Source of the DNA: an uncultured Candidatus Saccharibacteria bacterium
GTDB taxonomy: Bacteria > Patescibacteriota > Saccharimonadia > Saccharimonadales > UBA7683
Reading direction: 5' to 3'
NCBI GenBank assembly: GCA_964632215.1
Contig: CAZWBG010000001.1
Location: 623,863 to 687,862, forward strand
DNA length: 64,000 bases
This document shows, piece after piece, positions 1 to 8,881 of this stretch. Made by a program: the position numbers and the translations under genes. The notes beneath the pieces were generated by a model. The model had not been told where the DNA came from. It searched no databases and worked only from the letters and a program-made list of their open reading frames with translations. Position 1 is the stretch's first letter; every line of letters begins with the position of its first letter.

Positions 1-454
<454 letters not shown>

Positions 455-455
<1 letters not shown>

Positions 456-1009
456 TGAGTCAACTGCAATTTGAAGTACAACCTACAGAAATTGAAGGCT
501 TATTTACTGTAAAATTTAAAGTATTTGAAGATAGTCGTGGCTCGGTAATGGAATTCTATCGACAATCAGATTTCGAGAAGGCTGGGCTACCTAGCCTCGG
601 TGCAAGACCACAAGTTAACGCACCGCAGACCGTAAAAGGTGCAATTCGAGGGATACATGCTGAATTCGCGCATAAGTTTCTTGCGATCGCAAGCGGACAG
701 GCGTTCGCTGCTATTGTCGACCTAAGAAAAGATTCAGCTACCGCAGGGCAATGGGCTGGCTTTACACTAGATCGAGGTGAAGGCTTGTTTGTATCAAGTG
801 GATTGGGCAACGCTTTTCAGTCGACTAGCGATGAACCTTCAACGTACCTCTATTATTTTGCTGAAGAGTGGCGCCCTGATATGCCGGGGCTAGCCTGTAA
901 TCCACTAGATCCAGACCTCTCTATCGACTGGCCTATTAAGCAAGGTCAAGGAATGATTTTATCTGACAAAGACCAATCTAATCCAAGCTTAAAAGAAATA
1001 TTCTCGTAA
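455..1009 (+). CDS. rfbC: dTDP-4-dehydrorhamnose 3,5-epimerase
   Basis: 184-aa cupin with FEDSRGSVMEFYR and AIRGIHAE regions typical of RmlC. Start overlaps the rfbB stop by 1 nt (TAATG). Confidence 0.85.
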
Positions 1010-1012
1010 AGC

Positions 1013-1861
1013 ATGTCTGGTTCAAGAATTCTCATCACTGGAGCGAATGGCCAACTCGGCAGAGCGCTGCAAACTATCTATCCAGAAGCATTAGTAACCA
1101 GCATTGATGAGCTTGATATAACAAATCGCGACAGTATCGCAAATTTTGACTGGTCATCAATTGATGTAATTCTAAATGCGGCAGCCTACACGAATGTTGA
1201 CGGTGCTGAAACCCCCGAGGGTTGCGTGGCTGCGTGGCAAGTAAACGCATCTGCGGTCAAATATCTCGCTCAAGCTGCAACTAATCATAGCCTAACGCTC
1301 GTTCATATCTCTACAGACTACGTATTTGATGGCAGTAAAGAGGAGCATACCGAAGATGAGTCCTTCTCTCCCCTTGGTGTATACGGTGCAAGCAAAGCTG
1401 CGGGTGACGTCGTGGCTACGCTCACCAAAAGACATTACATCCTCAGGACCTCTTGGGTAATAGGTGAGGGTAATAATTTCGTGCGAACCATGATGAATCT
1501 TGCCCAAAGAGATATATCTCCTATTGTGGTGTCTGACCAAATAGGCCGACTGACATTTACCCAAGATTTAGCCAGAGGAATTCAACATTTGCTTAATACG
1601 AAAGCCCCTTACGGTACCTACAACTTAACCAATAGCGGGGAAAGTTGTAGTTGGGCTGATGTTACTCGAGCAATATTTAAGCAACTTAAGAGAGAAGATC
1701 TTAACGTAACAAACACCTCAACCGCCGAGTATTTCAAAGAAAAGCCCGAATCCGCCCCTCGCCCCTTACACAGCACGCTCTTACTTGATAAGATAGTCTC
1801 GAGTGGATTTGTGCCGCGTGATTGGCGAGAGGCACTCAACGAATATGTTGCCAAGAACTAA
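1013..1861 (+). CDS. rfbD: dTDP-4-dehydrorhamnose reductase
   Basis: 282 aa. Rossmann N-terminus ILITGANGQLG, STDYVFDG, and the YGASK (Y-x3-K) catalytic motif of RmlD. Confidence 0.9.
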   Translation: MSGSRILITGANGQLGRALQTIYPEALVTSIDELDITNRDSIANFDWSSIDVILNAAAYTNVDGAETPEGCVAAWQVNASAVKYLAQAATNHSLTLVHISTDYVFDGSKEEHTEDESFSPLGVYGASKAAGDVVATLTKRHYILRTSWVIGEGNNFVRTMMNLAQRDISPIVVSDQIGRLTFTQDLARGIQHLLNTKAPYGTYNLTNSGESCSWADVTRAIFKQLKREDLNVTNTSTAEYFKEKPESAPRPLHSTLLLDKIVSSGFVPRDWREALNEYVAKN

Positions 1862-1876
1862 AAGGAGTTTTGTTTT

Positions 1877-2737
1877 ATGAAGGGTATTATTTTAGCGGGT
1901 GGTTCAGGTACGCGTCTTTATCCCATAACCAAGGGGATTTCTAAACAACTAATGCCGATTTATGACAAGCCGATGATCTACTATCCACTCTCTACGCTGA
2001 TGTTGGCCGGAATTAAAGATATTTTGATCATTACTACACCACATGATCAAGAGCAGTTTCAAAGACTACTTGGTGACGGCTCCGACTGGGGCATCAACCT
2101 TCAGTACACTATTCAAGAAAAACCACGTGGCCTTGCTGATGCATTTATTGTTGGGGCTAATTTTATAGGAACTGATAAAGTGGCTATGGTGCTCGGTGAT
2201 AATATTTTCCATGGTGCAAATATGGACGAGCAACTAAAGTTGTACGCTGATGTTGATGGTGCCATCGGCTTTGCAGCTCCCGTCCATGACCCGGAACGTT
2301 ATGGTGTCTATGAGTTTGATGAAAACATGAATGTTCTTTCCATCGAAGAAAAGCCAGAGCACCCCAAATCTAATCATGCAAATGCGGGCCTCTACTTTTT
2401 TGATAATGAGGTGGTTGAAATTGCGAAGGATGTTGCTCCAAGCCCTCGGGGTGAGATTGAGATTACCTCCGTATTGGATGCGTACCTGAAAAAAGATAAG
2501 CTCAAAGTATCCCTCTTAAATCGTGGTACGGCATGGCTAGACACCGGCACCTTTGAATCCATGAATGATGCTAGTGAATACATACGAGTAATTGAGAAAC
2601 GCACCGGTCTTAAAATCGGCTGCCCAGAAGAAATCGCTTGGCAAAACGGCTGGATAAGTGACGAGCAGCTTCTCAGAATAGCTGATCCCCTTGTTAAAAG
2701 CGGGTACGGCAAGTATCTTCTAGCTCTTATTATCTAG
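1877..2737 (+). CDS. rfbA: glucose-1-phosphate thymidylyltransferase
   Basis: 286 aa. MKGIILAGGSGTRLYPIT...SKQLMPIYDKPMIYYPLS is the hallmark RmlA N-terminus. Confidence 0.95.
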   Translation: MKGIILAGGSGTRLYPITKGISKQLMPIYDKPMIYYPLSTLMLAGIKDILIITTPHDQEQFQRLLGDGSDWGINLQYTIQEKPRGLADAFIVGANFIGTDKVAMVLGDNIFHGANMDEQLKLYADVDGAIGFAAPVHDPERYGVYEFDENMNVLSIEEKPEHPKSNHANAGLYFFDNEVVEIAKDVAPSPRGEIEITSVLDAYLKKDKLKVSLLNRGTAWLDTGTFESMNDASEYIRVIEKRTGLKIGCPEEIAWQNGWISDEQLLRIADPLVKSGYGKYLLALII

Positions 2738-2896
2738 TGTCGTCATTCGGCTTACATTTTAAATGCTTCATAACTCCCCGTTTTTGTTATAATGAAATAA
2801 ACATGGTTAACAAAAAAACTTATCACGACACCACTGCGGTCCATTCTCCCACCGAAAAGACCTTGCAAAAACACGCAAAGAGTAAGTATTAATAAA

Positions 2897-3721
2897 ATGA
2901 AAATTGACATATTACTACCCTATTGGGGAGAGTTTAGTCTCCTAAAAAAAACTGTTGAATCCGTTTTTGCTCAAACTGAAACAAGTTGGCGACTATTTGT
3001 AATTGATGATGCTTATCCATCAAATGAAGCAGAGGAATACTTCAGGACACTTGATGATAAGCGTGTGTCCTACTACAGACAGAAGAAGAACATTGGTATT
3101 ACAAGAAACTTTAACTTTGCTCTCAAATCAGCAAAAGCAGAATACTGTATGATTCTCGGTTGTGATGATAAGCTACTTCCAAACTATATCGAAACGGCAC
3201 TAAAAAATATTGGAGATGCCGATTTTTACCAGCCGGGTATCCAGGTTATTGATGACCATGACCAAGCATGCTTTCCCATGGCCGACAAGGTAAAGAACAT
3301 GTTACGGCCTAAAAAATCCGGAGTATATCAAGGTGAGAAGTTGGCTTCATCGTTATGCATGGGAAACTGGCTCTATTTCCCTTCAATCTTATGGAAGACC
3401 GCTCTAGTCAAACAGTATAGGTTTGATGCAAGCCACGACAATACCCAAGATGTAATACTAGAACTCACTATTGTTAAGGATGGTGGAAAATTATTCGTGG
3501 ATAACGAAGTCACATTTCAGTACCGACGCTCTGTAAATTCTTTCTCGAGTCGCAGAAAGTCAAAAGCCGGCAAAAGATTTAGTGAAGAAAATGAGATTTA
3601 TAATCATTTTTCTAGAGAGTTTAGGCGTAATAATTGGAATAGAGCAGCTCGTTCAGCAAGACTACATGTCACATCAAGACTACACCGAGTCTTAGTCGGT
3701 GTCCACGCAGATTCCTTTTAG
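2897..3721 (+). CDS. family 2 glycosyltransferase
   Basis: 274 aa. GT-A type N-terminus ILLPYWGEFSLLKKTVESVFAQT and FVIDDAYPS (DxD region). Lies in a polysaccharide locus. Confidence 0.7.
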   Translation: MKIDILLPYWGEFSLLKKTVESVFAQTETSWRLFVIDDAYPSNEAEEYFRTLDDKRVSYYRQKKNIGITRNFNFALKSAKAEYCMILGCDDKLLPNYIETALKNIGDADFYQPGIQVIDDHDQACFPMADKVKNMLRPKKSGVYQGEKLASSLCMGNWLYFPSILWKTALVKQYRFDASHDNTQDVILELTIVKDGGKLFVDNEVTFQYRRSVNSFSSRRKSKAGKRFSEENEIYNHFSREFRRNNWNRAARSARLHVTSRLHRVLVGVHADSF

Positions 3722-3751
3722 TTATCCCTGAAGTCCCTACCCACAAGCACC

Positions 3752-4600
3752 CTAGTCCAAGCTGCGTATATATTCCTCCAGTAGGGGTTCGTAGTCATAG
3801 CTCTCAAACCCGGTTAGTTGTATTTTTGATAAATCCATATCACTATTTATTGGCCGTGGGGCAAAGGGATATTTGTCTTTCTTGTAGTCGTCAGTTGAAA
3901 TAAATTCCACCCTATCTCTATCGTGCCCAGCTAGTTCAAATGTGTCGGCGGCAATCTCTGCCCAAGATCGAATCTTTCCACTATTCGAAAGGTTGTAGGT
4001 GCCACTTTCAATACTGTTCTTAATCAAGTGATCTATCGCACGAACTAATTCCGATGTAAAAGTAAGCCTGCCAAATTGATCGTTGACAACCTTAGGGTTA
4101 ATTCGCATATCTGCTAAGTTCTTCATTGTTCTTACGAAATTATGACCATCCCCCACAACCCAAGACGTCCTCAAAATATGATATTTTGGCACTAGGCTTA
4201 CTGCCATATCACCTGCCGCCTTTGACTGTCCGTAGACGGACAAGGGTGTATACGACTCGTCTTCTTTGTGATTGATCTTCGTACCATCAAATACGTACTC
4301 GGATGATACATGAACAAGATGTAGCTTATTCTCTATTGCAACTCTTGCCAGATTCCCTGGACCCGCAGCGTTTGCTTGCCATGTTACCCCACGCCATTCC
4401 TGGGTCTCAGATTTATCTGCATTAACATAGGCTGCAGCGTTAATAATAATGTCGTACTTTGACCAATCTATAGCTCTGACTTGATCCATGCTGGAAATAT
4501 CTAACTCCTCCCTACCCACAGCAGTAGCGTCTGGATACTTCTCAACCAACAACTTACCTAGTTGCCCATTACGACCAATTATAAAAAACTTTTTACTCAA
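3752..4600 (-). CDS. RmlD-family dTDP-4-keto-6-deoxyhexose reductase, second paralog
   Basis: 282 aa with FIIGRNGQLG, SSEYVFDG and YGQSK. Long stretches are shared with rfbD at 1013..1861 (ILRTSWV.G.G.NFVRTM, GRLTFT). Confidence 0.8.
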   Translation of the reverse strand: MSKKFFIIGRNGQLGKLLVEKYPDATAVGREELDISSMDQVRAIDWSKYDIIINAAAYVNADKSETQEWRGVTWQANAAGPGNLARVAIENKLHLVHVSSEYVFDGTKINHKEDESYTPLSVYGQSKAAGDMAVSLVPKYHILRTSWVVGDGHNFVRTMKNLADMRINPKVVNDQFGRLTFTSELVRAIDHLIKNSIESGTYNLSNSGKIRSWAEIAADTFELAGHDRDRVEFISTDDYKKDKYPFAPRPINSDMDLSKIQLTGFESYDYEPLLEEYIRSLD

Positions 4601-4919
4601 AATATTTCCTCTGTAATTATTCGCGGATTATTTCATGTCTTACCGTCACTATATACCTGGCAGTAGCGTATCTTTATCCTACCCATCCATCTATGTCTCG
4701 TCAACTTCTTATTACTATTTATGCAAGACAAACAGCACTGTGAATCTAGAGTAATACTACCCAATCAATCAATCGACCCTACAGCATTGCGGGATGGAAG
4801 AATGGGGTAGACTGCGAAGAGGGCTTAAGGAAAAATCATGGTTGGTGCTCGGCAAATATAGTCAGTTAACACATGTAAATATCTGGCCATTTATCCAAAG
4901 TTTCTATATACTAACGTGG

Positions 4920-5276
4920 ATGGAAAAAATTACAATTGCTTTGTATGTTATTACTACTTCTTCGGCGCTCATTTTTCTTAAATTAAGCACAGCAGCCGGT
5001 GGAGCACCCCTACAATATTTGGAAAATAAACTTCACTTTAATATTAACCCCTTAACAGTACTCGGTGTTGGTTTGTATGGAGCTAGCTTCCTAATATATA
5101 CATATCTGATTACCAAATTTGATCTAGGCTATATCGTACCTCTTACTACTGGATTCGTTTACATATTAATATTCGCAGCCTCATACATCATTTTTAAGGA
5201 AGTTTTTACTGCAACAAAAATAGCTGGTATATCTTTAATATTGTGTGGAATTATTCTTCTTAATATCACACGCTAG
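4920..5276 (+). CDS. small 4-helix membrane protein, EamA/SMR-like (ArnE/ArnF-type lipid-linked sugar flippase candidate)
   Basis: ORF 4794..5276 trimmed to the internal ATG at 4920 (MEKITIALYV...). About 118 aa with four hydrophobic segments, next to the polyprenyl-phosphate glycosyltransferase module. Function is inferred from size, topology and context only. Confidence 0.4.
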   Translation: MEKITIALYVITTSSALIFLKLSTAAGGAPLQYLENKLHFNINPLTVLGVGLYGASFLIYTYLITKFDLGYIVPLTTGFVYILIFAASYIIFKEVFTATKIAGISLILCGIILLNITR

Positions 5277-5291
5277 TCGGTCGTTTTATAG

Positions 5292-5651
5292 CTATAGTTT
5301 TTGAATAACTGACTGGTTATGGCTTGATTGTTTAGCCTCTAGGAGTGCGAGTTGACGAGCAAGTTTTACGACTCGCTTCTGTTCATCCTTCGACTTTATA
5401 TAAAGGGTTAGCACTAAAAATATAAAAGCAACTACTAAACTATACAATATAAGATCTGCTCCCCTGCCTACACCCAGAAAGTGAGCAATATCATTCGCCA
5501 TTTCTGGAAAGATAATGACTATGATTGCCATTAAAACAAACGTAATTAATGCCAACTTTACTCCAGCACGAGTGCGTGAGGCATTCCGATTAGTTAAAAA
5601 CCAAAAAAGTAACGCAAGCACTACTAAAACTAGTGCTACTTTGATAATCAC
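5292..5651 (-). CDS. DUF2304-type small membrane protein (GacJ-like partner of a polyprenyl-phosphate GT)
   Basis: 119 aa with four hydrophobic helices and a basic helical tail (KSKDEQKRVVKLARQLALLEAKQ). GTG start overlaps the stop of the upstream GT2 gene by 4 nt (GTGA). Confidence 0.6.
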   Translation of the reverse strand: MIIKVALVLVVLALLFWFLTNRNASRTRAGVKLALITFVLMAIIVIIFPEMANDIAHFLGVGRGADLILYSLVVAFIFLVLTLYIKSKDEQKRVVKLARQLALLEAKQSSHNQSVIQKL

Positions 5652-6340
5652 TTTGTCACCTTTCTTAGTAGCGTATCGAACCCAATGTTCACGGCGTTGA
5701 AGATTGACTGACCCTTCCCCTTTGAGTAATCGGTATAGGTAATAGTTACGGGTGCTTCTGTATATTTAAATTTTTTCTCGGCAATTCTCTCGGTGATTTC
5801 TGAAGCATGCGCATAGTCCGGTAATGTAATGTTCAAGTTTTCAGCTACATGACGATTAAAAACTCTAAGTCCGTTGTGTGTATCTGTTAATTTGAGACCG
5901 GATGTTCTATTAGAGAACCTAACGGCTACTTTCAATAAGGCTTTTTTGAATGGGCTGATATTCTCAACTTTGCCCAAGAAACGAGAGCCAAGCACAATAT
6001 CAACCTTTTCTTTTTGAATGATTTGCAGCATCTTTTTTACGTCTTCCGTATCGTGCTGGCCGTCGGCATCAAACGTTACGAAGTAGTCTATATCTGCATT
6101 TTGTAGGGCATATTCTATGCCCGTCTGCAGTGCCGCCCCCTGTCCAAGATTAATAGGATGCTCTATCAACAGCGCATCAGTCTCCTTTACTCTTTCAGGA
6201 GAGCCATCACTGCTGCCATCAGTCACACATATAATATACGGGAACTGCCTAGCAACCTTTGCGATAGTCTCTTTGAGAACTTGTGCTTCATTGTAACAAG
6301 GAATAATGATTGCTACATGCCTATTGTTTTTCTTCACCAT
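5648..6340 (-). CDS. GT2 polyprenyl-phosphate glycosyltransferase (GtrB/GacI/DPM1-like)
   Basis: 230 aa with IIIPCYNEAQVL, VTDGSSDGS and TFDADGQHD (DxD). Short soluble GT-A typical of undecaprenyl/dolichyl-phosphate sugar synthases. Confidence 0.8.
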   Translation of the reverse strand: MVKKNNRHVAIIIPCYNEAQVLKETIAKVARQFPYIICVTDGSSDGSPERVKETDALLIEHPINLGQGAALQTGIEYALQNADIDYFVTFDADGQHDTEDVKKMLQIIQKEKVDIVLGSRFLGKVENISPFKKALLKVAVRFSNRTSGLKLTDTHNGLRVFNRHVAENLNITLPDYAHASEITERIAEKKFKYTEAPVTITYTDYSKGKGQSIFNAVNIGFDTLLRKVTK

Positions 6341-6390
6341 ACTACCCTTATGATACCATCTTGATCATCGTATGGTGTATACTTTAACGA

Positions 6391-8223
6391 ATGCGTATGA
6401 ATAAACACGTCTCCGTAGTACTCCTTGTTGTGCTTGGATTAATTGTATTATTATCCTTTTTCTTTCTACCTCTTATCAACTACTTAATCTGTATCGTTCT
6501 TGGAGGCCTGTGCATTCTTCCTTTTGTCAAAAATCGCTTTATCTTAGCTCTGTTTTTCAGCATATTGAGTTCTATTATTGTGGTAACAATATTAGCTTTC
6601 ATTGCGGAAGCAATATTTCATACCTCCAGCCTATTCCTATTCTTTAATGGTCTTTCAATTCTCATAATCATCTTTCTTAGTTATCGCTTATCTAAACAAA
6701 AGAAAAAAATAATATTAAGGCTCAATCGAGCTGAGCTTATCGGATTATTTTGTGCCTGTGTATCAGTAGTCATATTACTCATACCCGCCTTATCTCTTAA
6801 TACGAGTTCAAGCTTTATTCGTTTTCTGTCCAACGGAGAAGACAATGCATCACATTTTGCGATGTATCACCGCGTACTAAAAACTGGTAGCTTACCCAAC
6901 TTTGATACCGAACCCACTGGGTTAATTGATGGCCTAGTCATCTACCCACAAGGTCTTCACTACTATATGGCATATGTCACATCTGCTCTGTCTAGTAATC
7001 ATCTGCCCGGCCTACTACTAGAACTAAGGCTATATTATATGTTTGCTACGCTGCTTATGGGCGGTGTTGTGGCTTTTGCTGTTATTTTAATTACCGATCG
7101 CCTTAAGAAACCCTGGGATATTCTTGGTGGTATTGGATGTCTGCTCGCCTTAATGCTTAGCTTAGGATTTTTTCTCATGGGCTGGGGTTTTGTTACACAA
7201 ATCGCATCTTACCTCTTCTTATTAGCAGGTCTTTACGCACTACAAAATTTTGTTAATAATCGTTCACCGTTCTTTTTTATAATGTATCTTGTGTCGGTTA
7301 TAGGAGTGTCTAGTACCTGGTACTTAGTTCTGCCAGTTATTGGGCTTCCAGCCCTCGTGTATTTTAAAACTATTTGGCAGTATCTTATGGAACACAAAAA
7401 ACGGTTCTTTATAGTTCTTGTCGCAGCGGTTACTTCGCTAGCCCCTATTCTAGTTAATATCTTGTTTAGTACAAAAAATAGCCCACTGAATGAACCGGGT
7501 GGAGTGTATGTACTTGGCTGGATTGCCTGGCTTATTATCGGCTTAGGCTTTTGTGCTAGCCTATTAATGGTTTTCTTTAAAAAGTGGCTACAACTCAATA
7601 ATTTTTCCGGTGTAGCTATTGCCTGGCTGGGTGCTTTGATTATTAGTATATATATCGGCACCTATCAACTAGCCACGGTGGGTGTTTTCGCTTATTATTT
7701 TCATAAATCAGTCTATACCCTACTTCTACTATCTATCATCCTCGTAGTATGGGTACTAATGCAAACTTGTGTAAAAATAGTTGGTAATTCTTCTAAAAAG
7801 ATCGTCATATTGTTCCTGTGTGGTTGTATTGTTTTCTTAACTGCATCAATTATAGTCCTTAAGCCAATCTACCCGATTGTTTATATCAATAACTGGTTTA
7901 ATCACTTTCTGCTGCCCGACACCCTGCATCAGCCAACAGAGCTTTATATTGCAGGCTACAGCGAACCTCAAGATGTTGTCTACATGGGGGCATGCGTAGT
8001 TCCCCTTGATTACCTAGCCAACAGATGGACAGGCGCACTATTTTTACAAGAATCGATTCCACGATCAAAATTTGAGGGTCGTATTATCACCGATCAGCCA
8101 GAACAAATTCAAGCAAGCTATTTAACGAATTATCTGACTAGCGTTAATCCTAAGGACGTTACAATTATTACCGGACATTGCCTGACTGAGTCCGAAGCTG
8201 ATTTACTTAAATCAATTCGTTGA
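6391..8223 (+). CDS. large polytopic membrane protein, candidate GT-C type glycosyltransferase
   Basis: 610 aa with more than 12 hydrophobic segments and a roughly 110-aa soluble C-terminus. Divergently adjacent to the polyprenyl-P GT pair. I cannot assign a catalytic motif with certainty. Confidence 0.35.
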   Translation: MRMNKHVSVVLLVVLGLIVLLSFFFLPLINYLICIVLGGLCILPFVKNRFILALFFSILSSIIVVTILAFIAEAIFHTSSLFLFFNGLSILIIIFLSYRLSKQKKKIILRLNRAELIGLFCACVSVVILLIPALSLNTSSSFIRFLSNGEDNASHFAMYHRVLKTGSLPNFDTEPTGLIDGLVIYPQGLHYYMAYVTSALSSNHLPGLLLELRLYYMFATLLMGGVVAFAVILITDRLKKPWDILGGIGCLLALMLSLGFFLMGWGFVTQIASYLFLLAGLYALQNFVNNRSPFFFIMYLVSVIGVSSTWYLVLPVIGLPALVYFKTIWQYLMEHKKRFFIVLVAAVTSLAPILVNILFSTKNSPLNEPGGVYVLGWIAWLIIGLGFCASLLMVFFKKWLQLNNFSGVAIAWLGALIISIYIGTYQLATVGVFAYYFHKSVYTLLLLSIILVVWVLMQTCVKIVGNSSKKIVILFLCGCIVFLTASIIVLKPIYPIVYINNWFNHFLLPDTLHQPTELYIAGYSEPQDVVYMGACVVPLDYLANRWTGALFLQESIPRSKFEGRIITDQPEQIQASYLTNYLTSVNPKDVTIITGHCLTESEADLLKSIR

Positions 8224-8311
8224 TAACCTCACAACATAGCGCCATCTTAAAAGTAGGGTGCTTTGACTCAGATACTTGTAGTCGACACCTTGTTTGCCTA
8301 TAATAAAGTAC

Positions 8312-8881
8312 ATGCTCAATAAAAATAAAAAGCTTATCATAATAATTTTGATCATAGCCGCAGTGTTAATTGGCGGAAGTGCATTAATTTACGCAAAAAG
8401 ATCAGCAGATAAACGTTCGAGTAACCAAGACTCGATTCAATCCATTTCTACTGATCAAGGAGAAGTCACCCCTGACCCCAACGTACCCAAGGCGTCAAAC
8501 ACACCTGGTGGGAGCCCGGTCGCCTCAAGTAAAGAGGGTAGCTCGTCAGCAGTTCAGACATCAGATAGTTCTGCTGCACCAGACACACCTTCAGGTGCTT
8601 TCGTTAGCAATGAGTCAGTGACACTCTCTGGTGATCGCTCTCGTATCAACTCCTTGTGTACAACTACAGCTGGTGCTAAGTGCACTATTCAGTTTACTAA
8701 AGACGGAGTGACCAAGAGTCTACCCGATACGGTGGCTAATAGCACAGGACATGTTGTCTGGAGCTGGACCACAACAGACATAGGCCTCACACCCGGTATA
8801 TGGAAGATCACTGCTATAGCCTCGCTCAATAATAAAACTACAGCTGCAAATTACCCGCTTAACCTGGAGGTTTCATCTTAA
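8312..8881 (+). CDS. membrane-anchored Ser/Thr/Pro-rich surface protein
   Basis: Trimmed to ATG 8312 (MLNKNKKLIIIILIIAAVLIGG anchor). S/T/P-rich linker followed by a roughly 80-aa beta-rich C-domain with a Cys pair. Stop overlaps the next start (TAATG). Confidence 0.5.
   Translation: MLNKNKKLIIIILIIAAVLIGGSALIYAKRSADKRSSNQDSIQSISTDQGEVTPDPNVPKASNTPGGSPVASSKEGSSSAVQTSDSSAAPDTPSGAFVSNESVTLSGDRSRINSLCTTTAGAKCTIQFTKDGVTKSLPDTVANSTGHVVWSWTTTDIGLTPGIWKITAIASLNNKTTAANYPLNLEVSS

Noticed and set aside
4794-4919. N-terminal extensions given by the ORF track (also 8294, 16556, 20479, 41551, 42430, 44681, 54521, 57967, 58639 and 59027)
   Set aside because: The extensions are non-conserved, overlap neighbouring genes or promoters, and lack an RBS. 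Internal ATG codons preceded by GGAGG-like sequences or matching canonical N-termini were preferred.
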